From: Balanoglossus misakiensis
Taxonomy: Eukaryota; Animalia; Hemichordata
DNA: 64,000 nt
Assembly: GCA_040954595.2 (NCBI GenBank)
Contig: CM082595.2
Span: 2,527,943-2,591,942 of the forward strand
Direction: 5' to 3'
Both the position numbers and the translations under genes were made by a program. The notes beneath the pieces are model-generated. The model was not told where the DNA came from. It made no database searches and saw nothing but the letters and a program-made list of their open reading frames with translations. Shown piece after piece: positions 13,032 to 25,928 of the stretch; positions within the stretch are counted from its first letter, which is position 1, and each line of letters opens with the position of its first letter.

Positions 13032-15482
13032 ATTTATTTTTTTAATCTAGTGAAACGTTAGCAGTTGAAACACCACAGTGATTTCAAACATTTTACTAAT
13101 TAATTTGACCTACCAATGTGATGTCCAATGGCCATCTTTTCAAGTCCAGCCTTAGAGTCACGTAACGCCCTCTTTGTTTCTTTGACCTGGAAAGGAAAAT
13201 GATAAAGAGAATTTAGGAAGAAAATATCTTGTTCTTGCATGGGGTGACTAAACATTTTCCCACACTTTTACTAAACTGGTCTAATGGGCCTGTTTTCAGA
13301 GGAGATAATTTCTTCATAGCCAGTCAGTAAAACACACATTTGTATGCGGGACCTCACATAGAAAACTTACCCCACCAGGACCCGTCCTTGTAGATGATGA
13401 CGCCTGGTAATAAGATGGTTCCCCACTGTCATCTTTTGAATAATGAGAAACTGATGTCTGGTGGAATGAATGATCACTGCCTCCTGATAGAGAAGCCTGG
13501 AAAAGATTGATATATAAGGCACAAAACATTATGATTATGTGGTTCTTATAACATGCTTTTCAGTCATTTGTTTTGACTACATCGGGGATATTATTTTGGA
13601 ACCTTGCTTTTATAAATCTTCCCACAGAAATGTAATGATAACCACAGAGTGACGCAAATCAGTTGTCATAAACTACAAACCTGTTCAATATGGTCCATCA
13701 TATTTTTCATGTGGCGACTGAAACTGGACATCATATCGGCACGGCTTTGGTCCAGCATGCTTGAGTAGGCTCTGTCAAAATTGAAACCCGTGTCGAACTC
13801 CTGCAATGCACCAGTCTCCTAAAAAGAGACAGAATTTATGTATCATATTTGTATATAAAAGGGGGTATATAGTTTTAAAAGGTAAAATTCCTGAACTTTG
13901 AAAAATGAAATTTGAAAATTTTAAAGGGAAAAATACATTTCGTTTAAAAAAAATCATTTCTCAAAAAATTTCTACTCTAAAAAAATATGAATGGTTGTCC
14001 AAAATGTTAAGTACTACCTTACTGTCACGTGTTGGTCTTTCCTCTAGAGCGGAACTTCCACCAGTGATGGCTCTTCTGCCCCTCCTGTCGTCATGGTGAC
14101 GAGCAGACTCTAAAGGATCGGTCATCATCCGATCGAACTGGCCCATCATTCGATCGAATTCTCGATGGCGATCACTGTTTGGAAACGGAGATGTAAACAC
14201 AGATAAAAACATACCTGTCATTACAAAGGTCACAGTCATGTGCAAATATTGTTCATGCTGTCAAGAAAATATGTGATCTATATTACTGATTACAAGCTTT
14301 AGATCCGTGTTGTTGTATTGTTATCTGAAAATCGAATACAGGTCAAGCCTGTATACAAGATATGGCAACTTTAATAGGGCCAAAGAAGAGTTTTACGGAA
14401 TATTGTCGGCCATGTTGTTTATGCAAATTTTCCGTAATAAAAACAAAAGAACAACCCATAAAAACAAAAGAAGCTAAATTATTGGAGATGCCGTTTCACT
14501 CAGTTTTGTGGGGGAAAATACCGACAGAAGTGTCATTTTTAACGGAATTTTCATGTGCAGTAAAGAAAAATCTCAGTAGCGCTCGCTATAACCAGTGGAG
14601 TGTGTTAATGACCCCAATACACGCAGCGGTGATGTAGGTCTATTCTCCGCGGCAAATGTTTTCTCAGATACAATGCTACGTTGGAATGCGGCGACAGTAG
14701 AATGCAAAGCTAACAAAAGTAGGGACTTAGCAGGGGTCACTGTTCAGGTATGCGAATAACACCCGCAATTAATACCCGACATGATTCCACTGAACTTCTC
14801 GAACGTTCACACGGTACGCCGACGGGCCATTTAAATTAAGTTCACATCAACTTTTAATGGAGAAACCAATCAAGAGGAATAACTAAATATCCGGGAATGT
14901 TAAGGTCTATTTGTTTTTGTTACATAACGGTATAGACCTATAATCACCTGAAGTGTACGCGACTTTTAAGTCAAGATTTTTTCCTGAGAAAGTTTTGCGA
15001 AAATTCTTCTTTTAAAGCTATCATTTCAACTCGTTACTTTAAAAAAACTTGAAAAAAATCTTGTGTTGACTCTATGGGGTTATTGTTATGCTGTAATCGA
15101 TCTGGGAAGTAGTTTTTTAAATGCCTTGCTTAGAAGATTAGAAGTGGGCGTGCGTCATTCACCTATTGATGGTGTCTGCTCTATTCAGAAACGCGCGTGT
15201 TGATCCCTTTAAAAGAAAAAAAAGATGTCTGCGAAAAAGTCACAAGGTATGCATTAAAACTCGTACAGCACAGTCGCATATAACGGCGTAAATAATGATA
15301 ATGGTAAGAAGTAAAATCGGTCTGCAAAATGCAATCTGTCTTGAGTAGACAGACGGTCCCCGTGTCGTTAAAACCCTGGAAGTACGTGTCCTGCAAATCA
15401 ATGTGTCCGCGCAAAACCCCACTCACCTGAAGTCGCTGAAAAAAGGATCATCGAATTCCTTCAACCTGCTACTGCCAATCAT
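12590..15482 (-). CDS. MLF: Myeloid leukemia factor (MLF) family protein, paralogue A; 7 coding exons
   Basis: Exons (minus): 15482-15427 (MIGSSRLKEFDDPFFSDF), 14174-14018, 13818-13681, 13496-13371 (HSFHQTSVSHYS...YYQASSSTRTGPGG), 13186-13114 (VKETKRALRDSKAGLEKMAIGHHI), 12993-12907 (GERGHIVENSRNRRTGD..EHQDFVNMDE), 12750-12590 (DAPAFDQEWR...KY*). These match the Mlf1IP domain hallmarks (PGGxxETR/K...RDS.SG.EKM.IGHHIG.R.H...N..TG...F.N.DE...FD.EW). Confidence 0.92.
12999..13027. repeat. (AG)n microsatellite forming the polypyrimidine tract of an MLF-A acceptor
   Basis: The AG run abuts the acceptor at 12994-12996 and reads (CT)n on the minus strand. Confidence 0.9.
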
Positions 15483-16094
15483 TTTCAACACCTCAAAATT
15501 AAATTGTCAAGAGAAGAAACAATGGCTGTAACTGCAGTTATGCGCGCTTGGACCGATTACTACTACGACACGTAGCCCTTGGAAACAACAGAAGCTTCTG
15601 TCGCGTTCGATCGAAGTAGCGTCACGAAGTTTCCCGTTTTTTCTGTTCTGAAGGGAGCCCTCCGCGTCGATATCACTACAATTCGTATTACCAGGAAAAT
15701 TTCCTAAAATGTGTTTAAAATCGGCTCATCTTGAATGTGAATACGGTTTCTTGGCTTTTACATGGTTAATATCATTCTTCATATATACATTTATGCGTAA
15801 TATTATCGAATAAAAAGTAAAAGCGCATTCGTTTTCATCGTTGCATTATTCAGCTGGGAACGAGGCTATCATTGCGCACGCTCAGTGATGAAATACGGAA
15901 ACACAGAAGTCTTATGTTGTTGTTTGATATTGACTTGATATATATTGTGATCTAGCTCGAATAACCAGGCGGTAATAAGCAATCGCGTTTGGCGACAGCA
16001 AAACACTGTTTTTCTACACGAGCTGAGAATATTAGTAGTGCGTGAAATTATATAGTACGTCTTTTTTGGTGGCTTATTCAAGAGTTCATCAACC
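15483..16094. promoter_or_regulatory. Putative bidirectional promoter between the divergent MLF paralogues
   Basis: About 610 bp between the two ATGs, locally CpG-rich. Contains an X-box-like GTAGCCCTTGGAAAC (15572-15586) and an nGAAnnTTCn HSE-like AGAAGCTTCT (15590-15599). Confidence 0.6.
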
Positions 16095-18257
16095 ATGTAT
16101 GGAATGAATCGGATGTTCGACAATGACCCTTTCTTTGCCGATTTCAGGTGAGTAGATGACGCAGATATTAACGTCTAATAATTACCAAATAATGCTTAGC
16201 ACAGCCATGGCTTCTGGAAGTCGTATTTCTGATAGTCTTACTATTTACTACAGCTAATGCAGAATATTACTGACGATGTATGAGCTGCATTCTGAAGTAC
16301 TAAGGGGGGGGGGGGGTTAGTATTGTAATGGAGTATGAAACTAACATCAAGATTCCAGTACCGGTATTTACCCTTTTCCTTAAACCTATTTCATCTTCAC
16401 TTTTTGTTTCTACAGGGAGCAACAGCGTCGAATGGATGCAATGTTTAACAATTTTGGATTTGGTTCAATGTTTGCCGCCCCTGATCCATTCAATGCTGTT
16501 ACAGATGGCAACAGGATGGGGGCTCAACAGGAAAGAGACAGAAGTATGAGAGAACGTGATAGACATGTAAGTCAGTCATATCAATCATCGCACTACCACA
16601 GAATGTTCAGTCCTATTGTTTTTTATGGTGAGGTTCAAGCTGTATATACATGCCTCGTGGTATGGATTAACCTTTGGGATGACAATATAGTCATGAGATT
16701 TTATTGCCTCGCACCAGAGATACTTGCTATCCAATGTCATGCTCTTCACTGCAACATATCTGTCGATAGTCCTCATTTCATCATTTGAGAATATAGACAA
16801 AGCTCCAAGTTATATTCTGAAGTATGGATTCAGTGTCACTTTAAATTTTTATGAAAATATGTTCTTTTTCCTTTTCAGCGAGTTGGTGCAATGGCACCTT
16901 TTGGAATGTTTCCCAGCATGCACGGCATGATGATGGACATGCACACGAATTTTGTAAGTATCCATGATAACAGCCAGCCAGACTGAATAGCATTGACTGC
17001 GTACAATTTTTGTTACCAGAGTCTCTGGTTAGACACATGTGCATAAGACAATCCTCATCCTCTACCTGTGGGCACTGAAAATTTATTGACGTGACGATTT
17101 CTGTCCCCATATACAGGATCGGATGGCAAGTGATCCAAATTGTCACACATTCAGCCAGTCTAGTGTTATGACGTACTCCAATACCGGCAATGGAGCGCCA
17201 AAAGTGTTTCAGGCTAGTTCATCGTCAAGGACAGCACCTGGAGGGGTAAGTTCAACCCTTTCACCACTATGGTTCGGTCCAGACCCATTGTTTTCTATGG
17301 TAAGGCTGGACCTCTAAAGAGGGAACCGGGGGTGGACGGGTTAAAGGGAGAGTGGCTGTAATTTTTGGCCATTTTATTTTTTCAGTGTGTCAACTACGTA
17401 TTCTTGGTGTACTCTTTCTTCTTCATTCTAACATTCCTGTTTTTCTTTGCCAGATCAAAGAAACCAGAAAAGCTGTCCGTGATTCAGAGTCAGGAATTGA
17501 TAAAATGTCCATCGGGCATCACATATGTAAGTTTGAAATAAACTTTGTATAATTTCCTGGGGGTTCAGTCTGACTGGATAATTTCCATCAGTCCGATTTC
17601 TAGGATTTTAAACTTTACTGCACCTAGATTTGACCACAGACCTGGGATTTATAGTTCGAGGTAATAAATGTATTCAATCTGTTTTCAGATGACCGTGGCC
17701 AGGTTGTAGGGAAATCTAAAAACCGACGAACAGGCGATGAAGAGGAGCATCAAGAGTTACTAAATATGGATGAAAGTAAGCAATTTCTTACTGTGAATGT
17801 CAACTTTCCCCCTTTAATATTCAAACTGTGTAATTATGTAATTATTCCTGAAGTAGATTGTTCACAATCTGATAAATGTGTGGTTTGATTTTCCACAGCT
17901 GATGTGGCTGCCTTTGGCCAAGAATGGAGAGAGAAAACACATCGACATTCCAATCCCGCTGTCAGAAGTAGACCTCGCGAATCCAGACAGTCAGCAATTA
18001 CGGATGGCAGGGAGTAAGTACACAACATCACATTTTTGTCTTTTTCACAAAATTTCCACATTCACATTGTACCATTGTCCTACCAGGAAATATTTTTGAC
18101 TACGGCTAAACACACACAATGCAATCACTTCATTGTTGCTAAATGTTCATACAAGTATCATATTTTTTTCTTCAGACATAGAGCTCACAGAAGTCGATCA
18201 CCTCCAAGACCACAGGAACCAAGAAAGAAATCAAAGAAACACCATCAAGATTCATAA
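16095..18257 (+). CDS. MLF: Myeloid leukemia factor (MLF) family protein, paralogue B; 8 coding exons
   Basis: Exons: 16095-16147 (MYGMNRMFDNDPFFADF), 16416-16566, 16879-16953, 17117-17245 (HTFSQSSVMTYSNTGNGAPKVFQASSSSRTAPGG), 17454-17526 (IKETRKAVRDSESGIDKMSIGHHI), 17689-17775 (DRGQVVGKSKNRRTGDEEEHQELLNMDE), 17899-18013, 18176-18257 (stop TAA). Canonical MLF domain, GT-AG junctions in frame. Confidence 0.94.
17252..17344 (+). mobile_element. ~90-bp piggyBac-like MITE, copy 1 (intron of MLF-B)
   Basis: AACCCTTTCACCACTATGGTTCGGTCCAGACCCATTGTTTTCTATGGTAAG...GGGGGTGGACGGGTTAA. Homologous to the copies at 28772-28864 and 32845-32937. Confidence 0.7.
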
Positions 18258-19479
18258 ATTCCAGATTTTGCACAGAATTCTATTTATGAACTAATAAATT
18301 GACTAATTTCCTGCAAAAATGATGTTTTGTTGATCGATGAGTCATCTTCCAGAAATGGGAATTTTCTGAAGTTCGGATTAATATTGTGCCTGCTTCATTT
18401 CCTTTGAAAGTCTGATCTCATTGGTTGTATAGAAGTCGTGCATCTGGTGTGTGAATATTGGATTGGTTCTCAGCATACTCGCAATTTTGCATTGCAAAGA
18501 TGAGGCTGGCCTGTAACAGTCCTTGGTTTGTTTCTTTATTTCCTTTACTAGACAACCTGTGAACTTACCTACACCTCTTGTACACATCCCAGATAGGAAC
18601 TAGTGTACGGTTTGTAGATAGTAGAGGTTGACCAATCACTGACAACCAAATGTGTTGAATATCAAAACTAGTTGCAGGTATATTGCTTGATGATGTAGAA
18701 AGGTGCCAATGCATCAAAATTCTTGCCTTTATCAGAAACGGATTTTTTTCTGCGAGAACAGTGATTTCAGCACTTGCTGATTGCGGCTGTTCAGAATAAT
18801 CCAATCAGGATTTTTTTTTTCCAATCCATGACATTAAGTCATTATCATGAATGTGCAAATGGTAAAATTGTCTGTGACAAACAGATGCCAATTGTTGGAG
18901 GATTGGCTATCTATTAGTATCATGCAAGGACATTTGTTTCAAACGTATATCAAAAATACAACTCCAGAGTGCCTAGACCGTATCGCTCCTCACCCACCGT
19001 TTGTTGTTTAAGTTAATTCAGTGATTCTTCTAGTATGTTCCACAGGAAATTATCAAATTCAATTTTTTTTTTCACCGTAAAGTTGTACTACGACTACGTC
19101 TTTGTAAATGCAATATGTTTATGAATGTATGTACCGATATATTTGCAATAAATGCTCAACGCCAAGTATGATGCCAAATTATGTTATTGATGTTATGATA
19201 TTGTTTACCACTGTTAATTACTCGCTGTGCTGGTTTCAGTGTTGGTTTTGTGCCAATACCCACTTTAATATGACTAAAATAAAACTCCCTAAGCTGGGTT
19301 GAATTCTATTATCTGCAAGGATAATGCGATTCATTTTGACCTGTTAAATCTTTAACGTTGTTGTTTGTGTCTGGATATTTTTTTAAGTCTGTTTTATCTG
19401 TTTTACTTCATTATATTTCTATGAGCACACTCTCGAAAAGGTTGAGAAACAATAAAAACGATAGTGGCCTCCTTAGCCT

Positions 19480-19703
19480 GCTTATGACCAGACAGCAAGA
19501 TGGCGCTGTTCTTCCCAAACGTGCCGCCGAAAGGGAAAGCACAATTATAAACACAAAAGCTTCCGAAGGCCTTGAATGCGAACAGTCAGGGAGCCATTCG
19601 CTGGGTTGCTGAAAACAACACCGAAATGCCCCAAATGTTACTAAAGTGAAAGGTTTCTGTGGTCTTAGTTTCACGTAGGCATCCTTCACCCATCTGACAC
19701 GAG
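19480..19703 (+). promoter_or_regulatory. Candidate promoter / non-coding first exon of DISP3
   Basis: CpG-rich patch, YY1-type CAAGATGGCG at ~19496 and a strong donor GAG|GTAAGA at 19703. The DISP3 ATG exon begins at an acceptor (~25901), so an upstream non-coding exon is needed. The link is inferred. Confidence 0.45.
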
Positions 19704-22700
19704 GTAAGAACGACCCACGTACGTTTAGGTTTTTGCGTAAGATAGCTTCTAATGGATGGACCTGTCGTTTATGGGACATCGATTTGCGTTGGCGTGTGCG
19801 TCTTTTCTCGAAATACCACGATTTATTTTAAGATTCGGTGAACAGAGCTAGAGCCTAGAGTAGGTCAGGAACACGATAGAGAGTGTACATACAGTTAAAA
19901 CCCGGCAACGGGTTGGGAAAACGCCCCCTTTTTGAGCAGACGACATCGTCCGTCCGTCGGTCGGTCTCGCCAAGACGTGGCGATGTCATCAGTCAGCTGT
20001 CTGCCTTTGTTGACATTTTGCGCAGACAACATGGCCGGCTGTTTATGTGCCTGCTTGTGCTTTGATCAATGACGCTGCTGTTTTCTGGTCTTAAATAGTG
20101 CGTGTTTTACGACTTAGACAAGTGTCAATTTCTTAGATTTACTGTACGTGTAACTGTTCCATTAAAAGTTGCCAATACTGGTTTGTGAACTACAACCTAA
20201 AATCTTGTACCACTGAACTTTTCTATAAAGCTTCTGTCGCATTGAGCCTTGAACTGCAACCATCACGTCCTGCGAACATACTGCAACTATTTTCACCGTC
20301 GCGTCAAAGATGATATATATAAACCTTTAGTACAAATGCAAAGTGATCCGTCATATAAAACAGCAAAAAAATTATTCATATGAATCTGAGTGCATTTTTC
20401 ATGAGGTTTTTATGATCACCATATAAACACACACCTTATTGATACCTATAGTTCAGGTACCCAGCAGCTGAGGATAAAAACACCATGGAAAATACAATAT
20501 TTTTAATCTCTCTCTCAATAGGTGTCCCATTTTAATCAACGTTATCAACTGTCCACATTCCAGTTATTCCATTCATCATTTTCAAACAAATAGTTCTTTC
20601 ATTCAGAATCTCTCAGAACATATTTTCAGCACAGATAAAATTTGACCCTGTGAGTTCAAGCGTGACGTGTGAGAGATAAGACATATTTCTTAAAATGAAA
20701 GGTGTATTAAGAATGCTACATACGAAACAGACACTTTCAGAAATTGACGTTTTCTGTCAGTTAAGTCCCAAACCCCCAAAAGTATAATATTTTCTTAAAA
20801 CCCAGATATTGGGGAACCTGATAATGATTGTGTAGAACCATTATTTTATACAGTGGTCACATGACATGCAATTTCGCGGACCTTCGCTTCAGAAAGTCCA
20901 TCTTTGTCCCATTTTGCTAAAGGATTGCAGCATGATTTTTGGGAATTCTCATATCTAGAATTTCTGATAAAACACTGTTGAACTAGATAATTTTGTGGCA
21001 ATTTTCTCCCACTTCAATCTCAGACAAGAAATTGAAACCAACCGAAAGTGTTCATTAAAAAATAAAAAGACACTTGGTTTTCGGTGAGAAATTGTCAGAT
21101 GTCAGTAAAGTTGCATTAGTCTCCACTTTTAAGCTGTATCTTAATTCAAAATGGCCTCAGGTTGTGTAAGACGATCATGCTTTCTGAAGAACGAACTCTA
21201 TCTTTTGTGATTTGATCCACAGTCATTGATTTCTGTGAATAGAAAAACAGAAGGCTTTAGGTGTTTTATTTCCCAAGGACCCCATAGTATTGTTTTTCAG
21301 CTTCGAGCATTTAGTCTTGTATTGATTATTCAGTTTAGCTTGACCTCTGTGTGTAAATATTCTGTTCCGGCTGTACCATGCTTGGCGTTCACAACTCCAA
21401 AGAAATGAGGTTGGTGACTGTGGCTCTTGTAAGAATTCTTTGTTGTGTAATTTTACTTGTATTGTTGCTAGACCTTCGTTATATTTATAGCCAGGGGGTA
21501 CTGTTGCTATTAAGAGATGATACCTGAGGCTTCATATCATATACTTTAAACAGATCTCGGTATGGTTATAAACCTCACTGCAGTATGTTTTTATCTTCAT
21601 CTGCCCTGTTTAGCAGATGGGAGAATGAAAAATATGGTGGTAATCTTCTGCATTTTGAATGACCAGAAATAGTAAAGTATGCCAACTTTGCCGGTACTTC
21701 ATAGTTTCCTTTAAAAGAGGAATTTTCTTTCTGTAAAATTGTCTCCTGCATGTCACTTTGACCATTATGCAAACTTAAAGTTGACAAAATTAAGAAGTAA
21801 TCCAGACAAAATAATCCACTCTCCGAATCACCTGATGTGTACTGACACGTAAATGTCAGAATTTCACGATTGGTTGAAATTGGGGTGACTATGCACAAAG
21901 TTGAAAGAATGAAACGAGGATAATTTTGCACTGGGCAAGGACAAACAGTGGAAGCAAGATCATTTCTTTTGTCCATTCATCAAGGGAACACAGACTAGAC
22001 ATTTATGCAGCGTGTTACAACATGATTTTAAGACAACCCAGTCCACTAGCTGTAACCTATTAATCTGTGAAAAGTCCTTTATAAAGCGTTATAGCATTTC
22101 TTGATTGTTATTGTCCATTGTTATGTAGAGATTGATTGGGGCAATTTAGAACAGTGGTACAAAGCCAGTCTCATGTTTTAATCAATCATTTCTCACTTTG
22201 TTGCTAAGATGAGATAGAACCAGTCATAAACTTCATGAAAAGGTTGTCAGTCTGTAAGAGTTAGACAAAACTTTCCCCAGCGCTGTAGGCACAGCTCTTT
22301 AATTTTGCTCAACCCCGCCACTAATTAACATGACAATTACTTCTATTATTATTCAAAGTAGTCATCGCACTGTCGCAAATTCCTGTGGAGAACAGTGCCT
22401 GTATACATGTCTGAGTAATTTTAGCCTGCAGAGGTTCTGACACAGCCATGTACTTTGTTTATCTTCACCAGTGATCGCCCTTGTATAACTAGATAAGATC
22501 CGGAAATAACAGCTTTGATTAGCACAGGGTCCTTGGAAATTTGCAGCAACAAAACAAAGAATTGTGTACTAGTTTACAAACACAACAAAAAGCAACAGCA
22601 AGTTATAACACGCTTGTTTGTTTGTGTTTTCCTAACGTGTAGCATTGATGGCATTTTTGCATATGAAAGCAAAGAGGGGCTATTTTACTGGCAGTTTATT

Positions 22701-25700
22701 ACGAAACAGACATGAGATGGGTTTTATAGAGGGGTGATTGAGAGACATGTATAATTTAATCAGATTCCAACAATACAGAACTAAATTTGTGTTTCTGGCT
22801 CAACAGCAGATAATTCGTCCAAATTGTATATAGGTAACAGTATGTTAATATTATGTGCTTTGTGAATCTCTGTTTCTATGGTTACACAATGCATCACTGA
22901 ATAGTAAGCAGTGACAATATTTGTTAAACATCAAACTGGGTAGAACTATTATGTGTTTTATTTAGTCAATACAAAGAGGCTGGTACATATTACATCATAG
23001 GTAAATTGACTTATGAAATGTACATAAATGATGGTGGACTTAAATGTTTTGTGTTCACCATGGTAACTGAAGCATCAGTTCTGATAAATCTGATGAACAC
23101 ACAAGTGATAGTAATGACTAAACAAAGAAACGTCACAGGGGACACTGTCTTGTCCCAAGGTTGAGGTCAGATTACTGGGTACAAGGAAATTATCGAGACA
23201 GGTCATGCACCCCTCTAAGGATATTTAGTAGAGAATATTACTAGGTAAGCAAAGCTGTATATCAGAAACTGCTAGACTTAAGCTCTAAGCTTCAAGTCTT
23301 CGAAGTACCCCCTCCCCTCCCCTCCATGGCCTGTAAAATTGCAGTGATTATTTTGATCAGTGAAGTGAGAAACTGTCATCATTTTGATTATGGTGTCATT
23401 GTACATGTAAGTATACTGTCAGTTCTTGTACAGTTCCAGGTACACCCTGGTACTCATTCAAACCAATCCATGCATAGTTTTCTATGGAACAAAGCAACCC
23501 TGAGGTGATGTTTATATAGCTGTCAGCAGTGTCTCCAGACATAGTCTAGCTTTATAGCTGTGCCAGTCCCATGATCAAACCTTTCTGATACACCAGTCAA
23601 ATTCACTCTGAGAAAAAATCTTTTCAAAACCAATGAAAGACTGTGAATTACCAAATGGTATGGTACATGCATTAAATCGACTCTGGAATTGTATTTTCAC
23701 TATTTGTGCTGATTGAAAAACTGCTGGAGAAAAAGTAATGCATGTCACAGTCGTCTGAATGAATGAAAAACCAAGCGAATATACCCCAGATATCAAATTA
23801 GTGAGTTTGGTGAAAAGTAATGCTTTCACAGAATTACTTCTGAGATGTTCCATTTATCATTACATTATAGGAGTCGTAATGCGTGGGTCTTTTCTGTGAT
23901 TTTCCAAATAGTGCATGTCATTCGGTCTTGGTGATCAGAGGCACCCACTGAGTGATTTCAGAAGAAGTCTTTTTTTCTGCCGGGGGCAGAAATCAAGTTG
24001 TGCTTTTATGCATGTCATAGCTATTGAAGCTTTCATGTCCCTAATACAGAATGTCAGGCCTTCGTCTCGATTTTATTAGACCACCATTCGCAGACATCAG
24101 TCTTGGTTCTTCAAGAAGCTTATATATTTTCTTCAGTGTAAAGAATGTTTTATTCGAAATACTGTATATGTTGAAATGCAATATGGAGTATGTCTTCAGA
24201 AAAACGAAAGGATAAAAATCACATCAAATCAGGCATTTTCATTTTCCATAAATCCATTTTGTAGTTGTCATTGATTAATATCTTTAAACATTTATTATTT
24301 TATTATGTTTGATGTAATCTTCCTTTATTACCATTGTCATGGAAACAGTCATCCTCCTAGGTTGACATTGCCTTTAAAAAATGTCGTAAGTGTTTGTGAG
24401 AAAGATTTGCTAGTGATAAATTACTGTCGACAAACACTGACAATATTGGATTAAATAACATGATGGTCTGAATTGACCTTTTTTCATCTGTTTAGATTTC
24501 TGGCCACACTTTCGTGATTATTCTCTTAACCCACGCTGTCTTTTCCTCTAAAATCTCTTCAGCGGTTTATGTAAATGTCCTGGCATGTCAAAGGTCGTAC
24601 TTTCGCCCCCGTAAATTCGTCTACGTGCGTTGCTTGCATCTGATTGCTCTGAATTTCACCTCTTCGCTATCTTGTAATCTGCTTCGTAAAAATGGTATTT
24701 AGGGTAGACTATACAACATATCTTGTGAGATCAACACTAGATATAATCTGTCTTCCTGGTGTAGCTAATCAAACAGTGCTATTAAATGTTCATTCTATTT
24801 TACGAGAGAAACATAAATTTCAGCGTTTATACTACGTTATCATCTTCCCAGAAAAAAAAGAAATTGTACTCGCTTTCTATCAAAAGAAAATTAGACCATG
24901 ACTTTGGTGAGCTTTGCCTTTGCATGAATTTATCTTCATTCCATGATATCTTTCTGCTTCTGTGTTTGCGATTGCCGCTTAGCACTACAGCATAATTTAG
25001 TATATCCACAGGGAAAGAGACGATATCATCTCGTTTTATCCTGTGACCCTATACATTCGGTTCTCTTTAATTACTTGCATATGTCTGCAGTGTCCTCATT
25101 CCTGTCTGAACTAGCACAAATATAAACAAGATGGTTACTAGTATATTTAATATCAACTGTAAGCTGGGACACATGTACATATTTATTATTATCTTTCGCT
25201 CGGTTGTAAGAGTTAGAATAGATCTCAGGATAATTGTGACTATTTCCATTTTCAGTTAATTTTGATTTTTTCAGAATTCATACATATTTGTACTATTTTA
25301 AGAAAAGGATTTTTTTCCATGTTGAAATTGTAATAAGCGGAATCCTTACAAAATTCCCTTATAATGGGCCTACTATATCCAGACAAAAAATCAATTTTGA
25401 TTCTAATCATGATTGCTATTAAATTCTATTCACAAGAAAGCTATTATTGCAGCAAGAATTTGGGGGGCTGGCGATTACAAATTTAATCTGCGGCACTGTA
25501 TGGATTAATTGTCATCATCTCCGAGCATGTGAAAGAAGCATATTAATCAAGGGTTGATTTGAAAGCTGAAATTAATCTGATTCTACCGCGAGTGCTGGTC
25601 CAGCAGGTCCATTGAAAACAATGATAAGAATGTTTTGTCTTTGAGATAAAAGATGTTACTTGCCAATGGCACTTGATGTACAATAATCCAGATCTGTTAT

Positions 25701-25928
25701 GTAGAATTACAAATTACTGCTTCATGATATTAGTGTTCGACAGATTTAAAAATGTACAATTTATTATCCATGTAACACTCTCTCACTCTTTCTCGACCAT
25801 GATTTCTTGATTTCTCTCTTGATCTTGATCTCAATCTCTCTCAGTTCCTCGAATCCTGTAAGACATTTATTTATATGTATTATTTTTTCTTTATTCTCAG
25901 GTTGCAGTCTGGTCTTGTAGTCTGAGAG

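Noticed and set aside
19704-25900. Many 60-130-aa ORFs in the region upstream of the DISP3 ATG exon
   Set aside because: No motifs, no consistent exon chain and AT-rich composition. The region is most simply a long 5' intron or intergenic DNA.
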